DNA from: Octopus sinensis
Taxonomy: Eukaryota
DNA: 6,908 nt
NCBI RefSeq assembly: GCF_006345805.1
Contig: NW_021829137.1
Location: forward strand, 1 to 6,908
Reading direction: 5' to 3'
Of this stretch, positions 6,147 to 6,908 are shown piece after piece. Position numbers and translations under genes: made by a program. Each line of letters opens with the position of its first letter. The stretch's first letter is position 1. The notes under the pieces are model-generated. The model did not search any database. It saw nothing but the letters and a program-made list of their open reading frames with translations, and was not told the DNA's origin.

Positions 6147-6304
6147 GGGCTTCTTTCAGTTTCCGTCTACCAAATCCACTCACAAGGCTTTGTTTGGCCC
6201 GAGACTATAGTAGAAGACACTTGCCCAAGGTGTCACGCAGTGGGACTGAACCCGGAACCATGTGGTTGGTAAGCAAGCTACTTACCACACAGCCACTCCT
6301 ACGC
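6147..6304 (-). mobile_element. Young family-B SINE 5' half, inverted relative to 5816-6146
   Basis: The reverse complement starts GCGTAGGAGTGGCTGTGTGGTAAGTAGCTTGCTTACCAACCACATGGTTCCGGGTTCAGTCCC, matches 211-363, and stops just before the internal microsatellite. Confidence 0.9.
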
Positions 6305-6563
6305 CTATGTTTATGAAGATACATTTTCGATAAAATTATTTACCAATATCAAACAATAACCATTTCTACAAACAGAACTGCTTAACCCTTTGTCTATCCT
6401 GTGTATCACGTGTTACGCAAGACCTATTTCTCTGGCGTCCATACTTAATATGTGAAACACATTCCCAATTTCTTTTCAACTACCAGAATAATTCAAAACT
6501 TTATTACTCAGAACGTATTAAATTAGCGCTAGCTAAATGTCCGAAAACTACGAGGCTGAGTCA

Positions 6564-6908
6564 AAAAGTAATGCCATTTTGCTTAGTACAGGTATAATTA
6601 CCAATACAGGAACTTATATCATACATCAAAATGAAGCTGGTCCTCTGTGGATAACATCCCTACTTCTCAACATAGTCACCGTTTCTCTCAATAGCAATGT
6701 TCCACCTTCGAATGATGATAATAAAAGTAACGCCCATTTTGTTTAGGACAGGTATTACATTTCCAAAAACAGGAACTTATCATACATCAAAATGAAGCTG
6801 CGTCCTCTGTGAATCACATCCCTACTTCTAACAACTAGTGGCCATTTCTCTCTAATTCAGTAACAGTCATTCCACCTTCGAATGATGATAATAAAAGTAA
6901 TGCCATTT
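6564..6908. repeat. Tandem repeat of ~160-170 bp (2 units plus the start of a third, running off the window)
   Basis: AAAAGTAA(T/C)GCC(C)ATTT at 6564, 6723 and 6893. Shared blocks ACAGGAACTTA, TCATACATCAAAATGAAGCTG, CATCCCTACTTCT and TTCCACCTTCGAATGATGATAATAAAAGTAA. Confidence 0.9.

Noticed and set aside
5961-6272. 103-aa ORF
   Set aside because: It lies entirely within two family-B SINE copies of opposite orientation.
6711-6800. C/D box snoRNA cluster (ATGATGA C-box-like motif in each tandem unit)
   Set aside because: No downstream CTGA D box or terminal stem was found within the unit.

Overview
Eukaryotic, repeat-saturated non-coding DNA with no supportable host protein-coding gene. From recall only, the SINE sequences look like those of Octopus or related coleoid cephalopods. 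The window holds two tRNA-derived SINE families: 'A' (body GAGGTCGACTTTGCCTTTCATCCTTTCGGGGTCGAT) and 'B' (head GCGTAGGAGTGGCTGTGTGGTAAG, with an internal microsatellite). It also holds a 5'-truncated RTE-clade LINE 3' end inside a (TATG)n tract, many compound microsatellites and several short diverged duplications. All long ORFs in the supplied track are microsatellite or SINE read-through, except for a real 46-codon RTE ORF2 C-terminus (5544-5684). The most unusual structure is at 3010-4039. An older family-A monomer bounded by a 12-bp TSD appears to contain an 806-bp, near-identical, circularly permuted concatemer of A-box-less 184-bp units, with TCGAC at both junctions. A second family-A fragment breaks at the same GTCGAC site. 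Indel-rich differences between units suggest unpolished long-read sequence, so the copy number needs confirmation.
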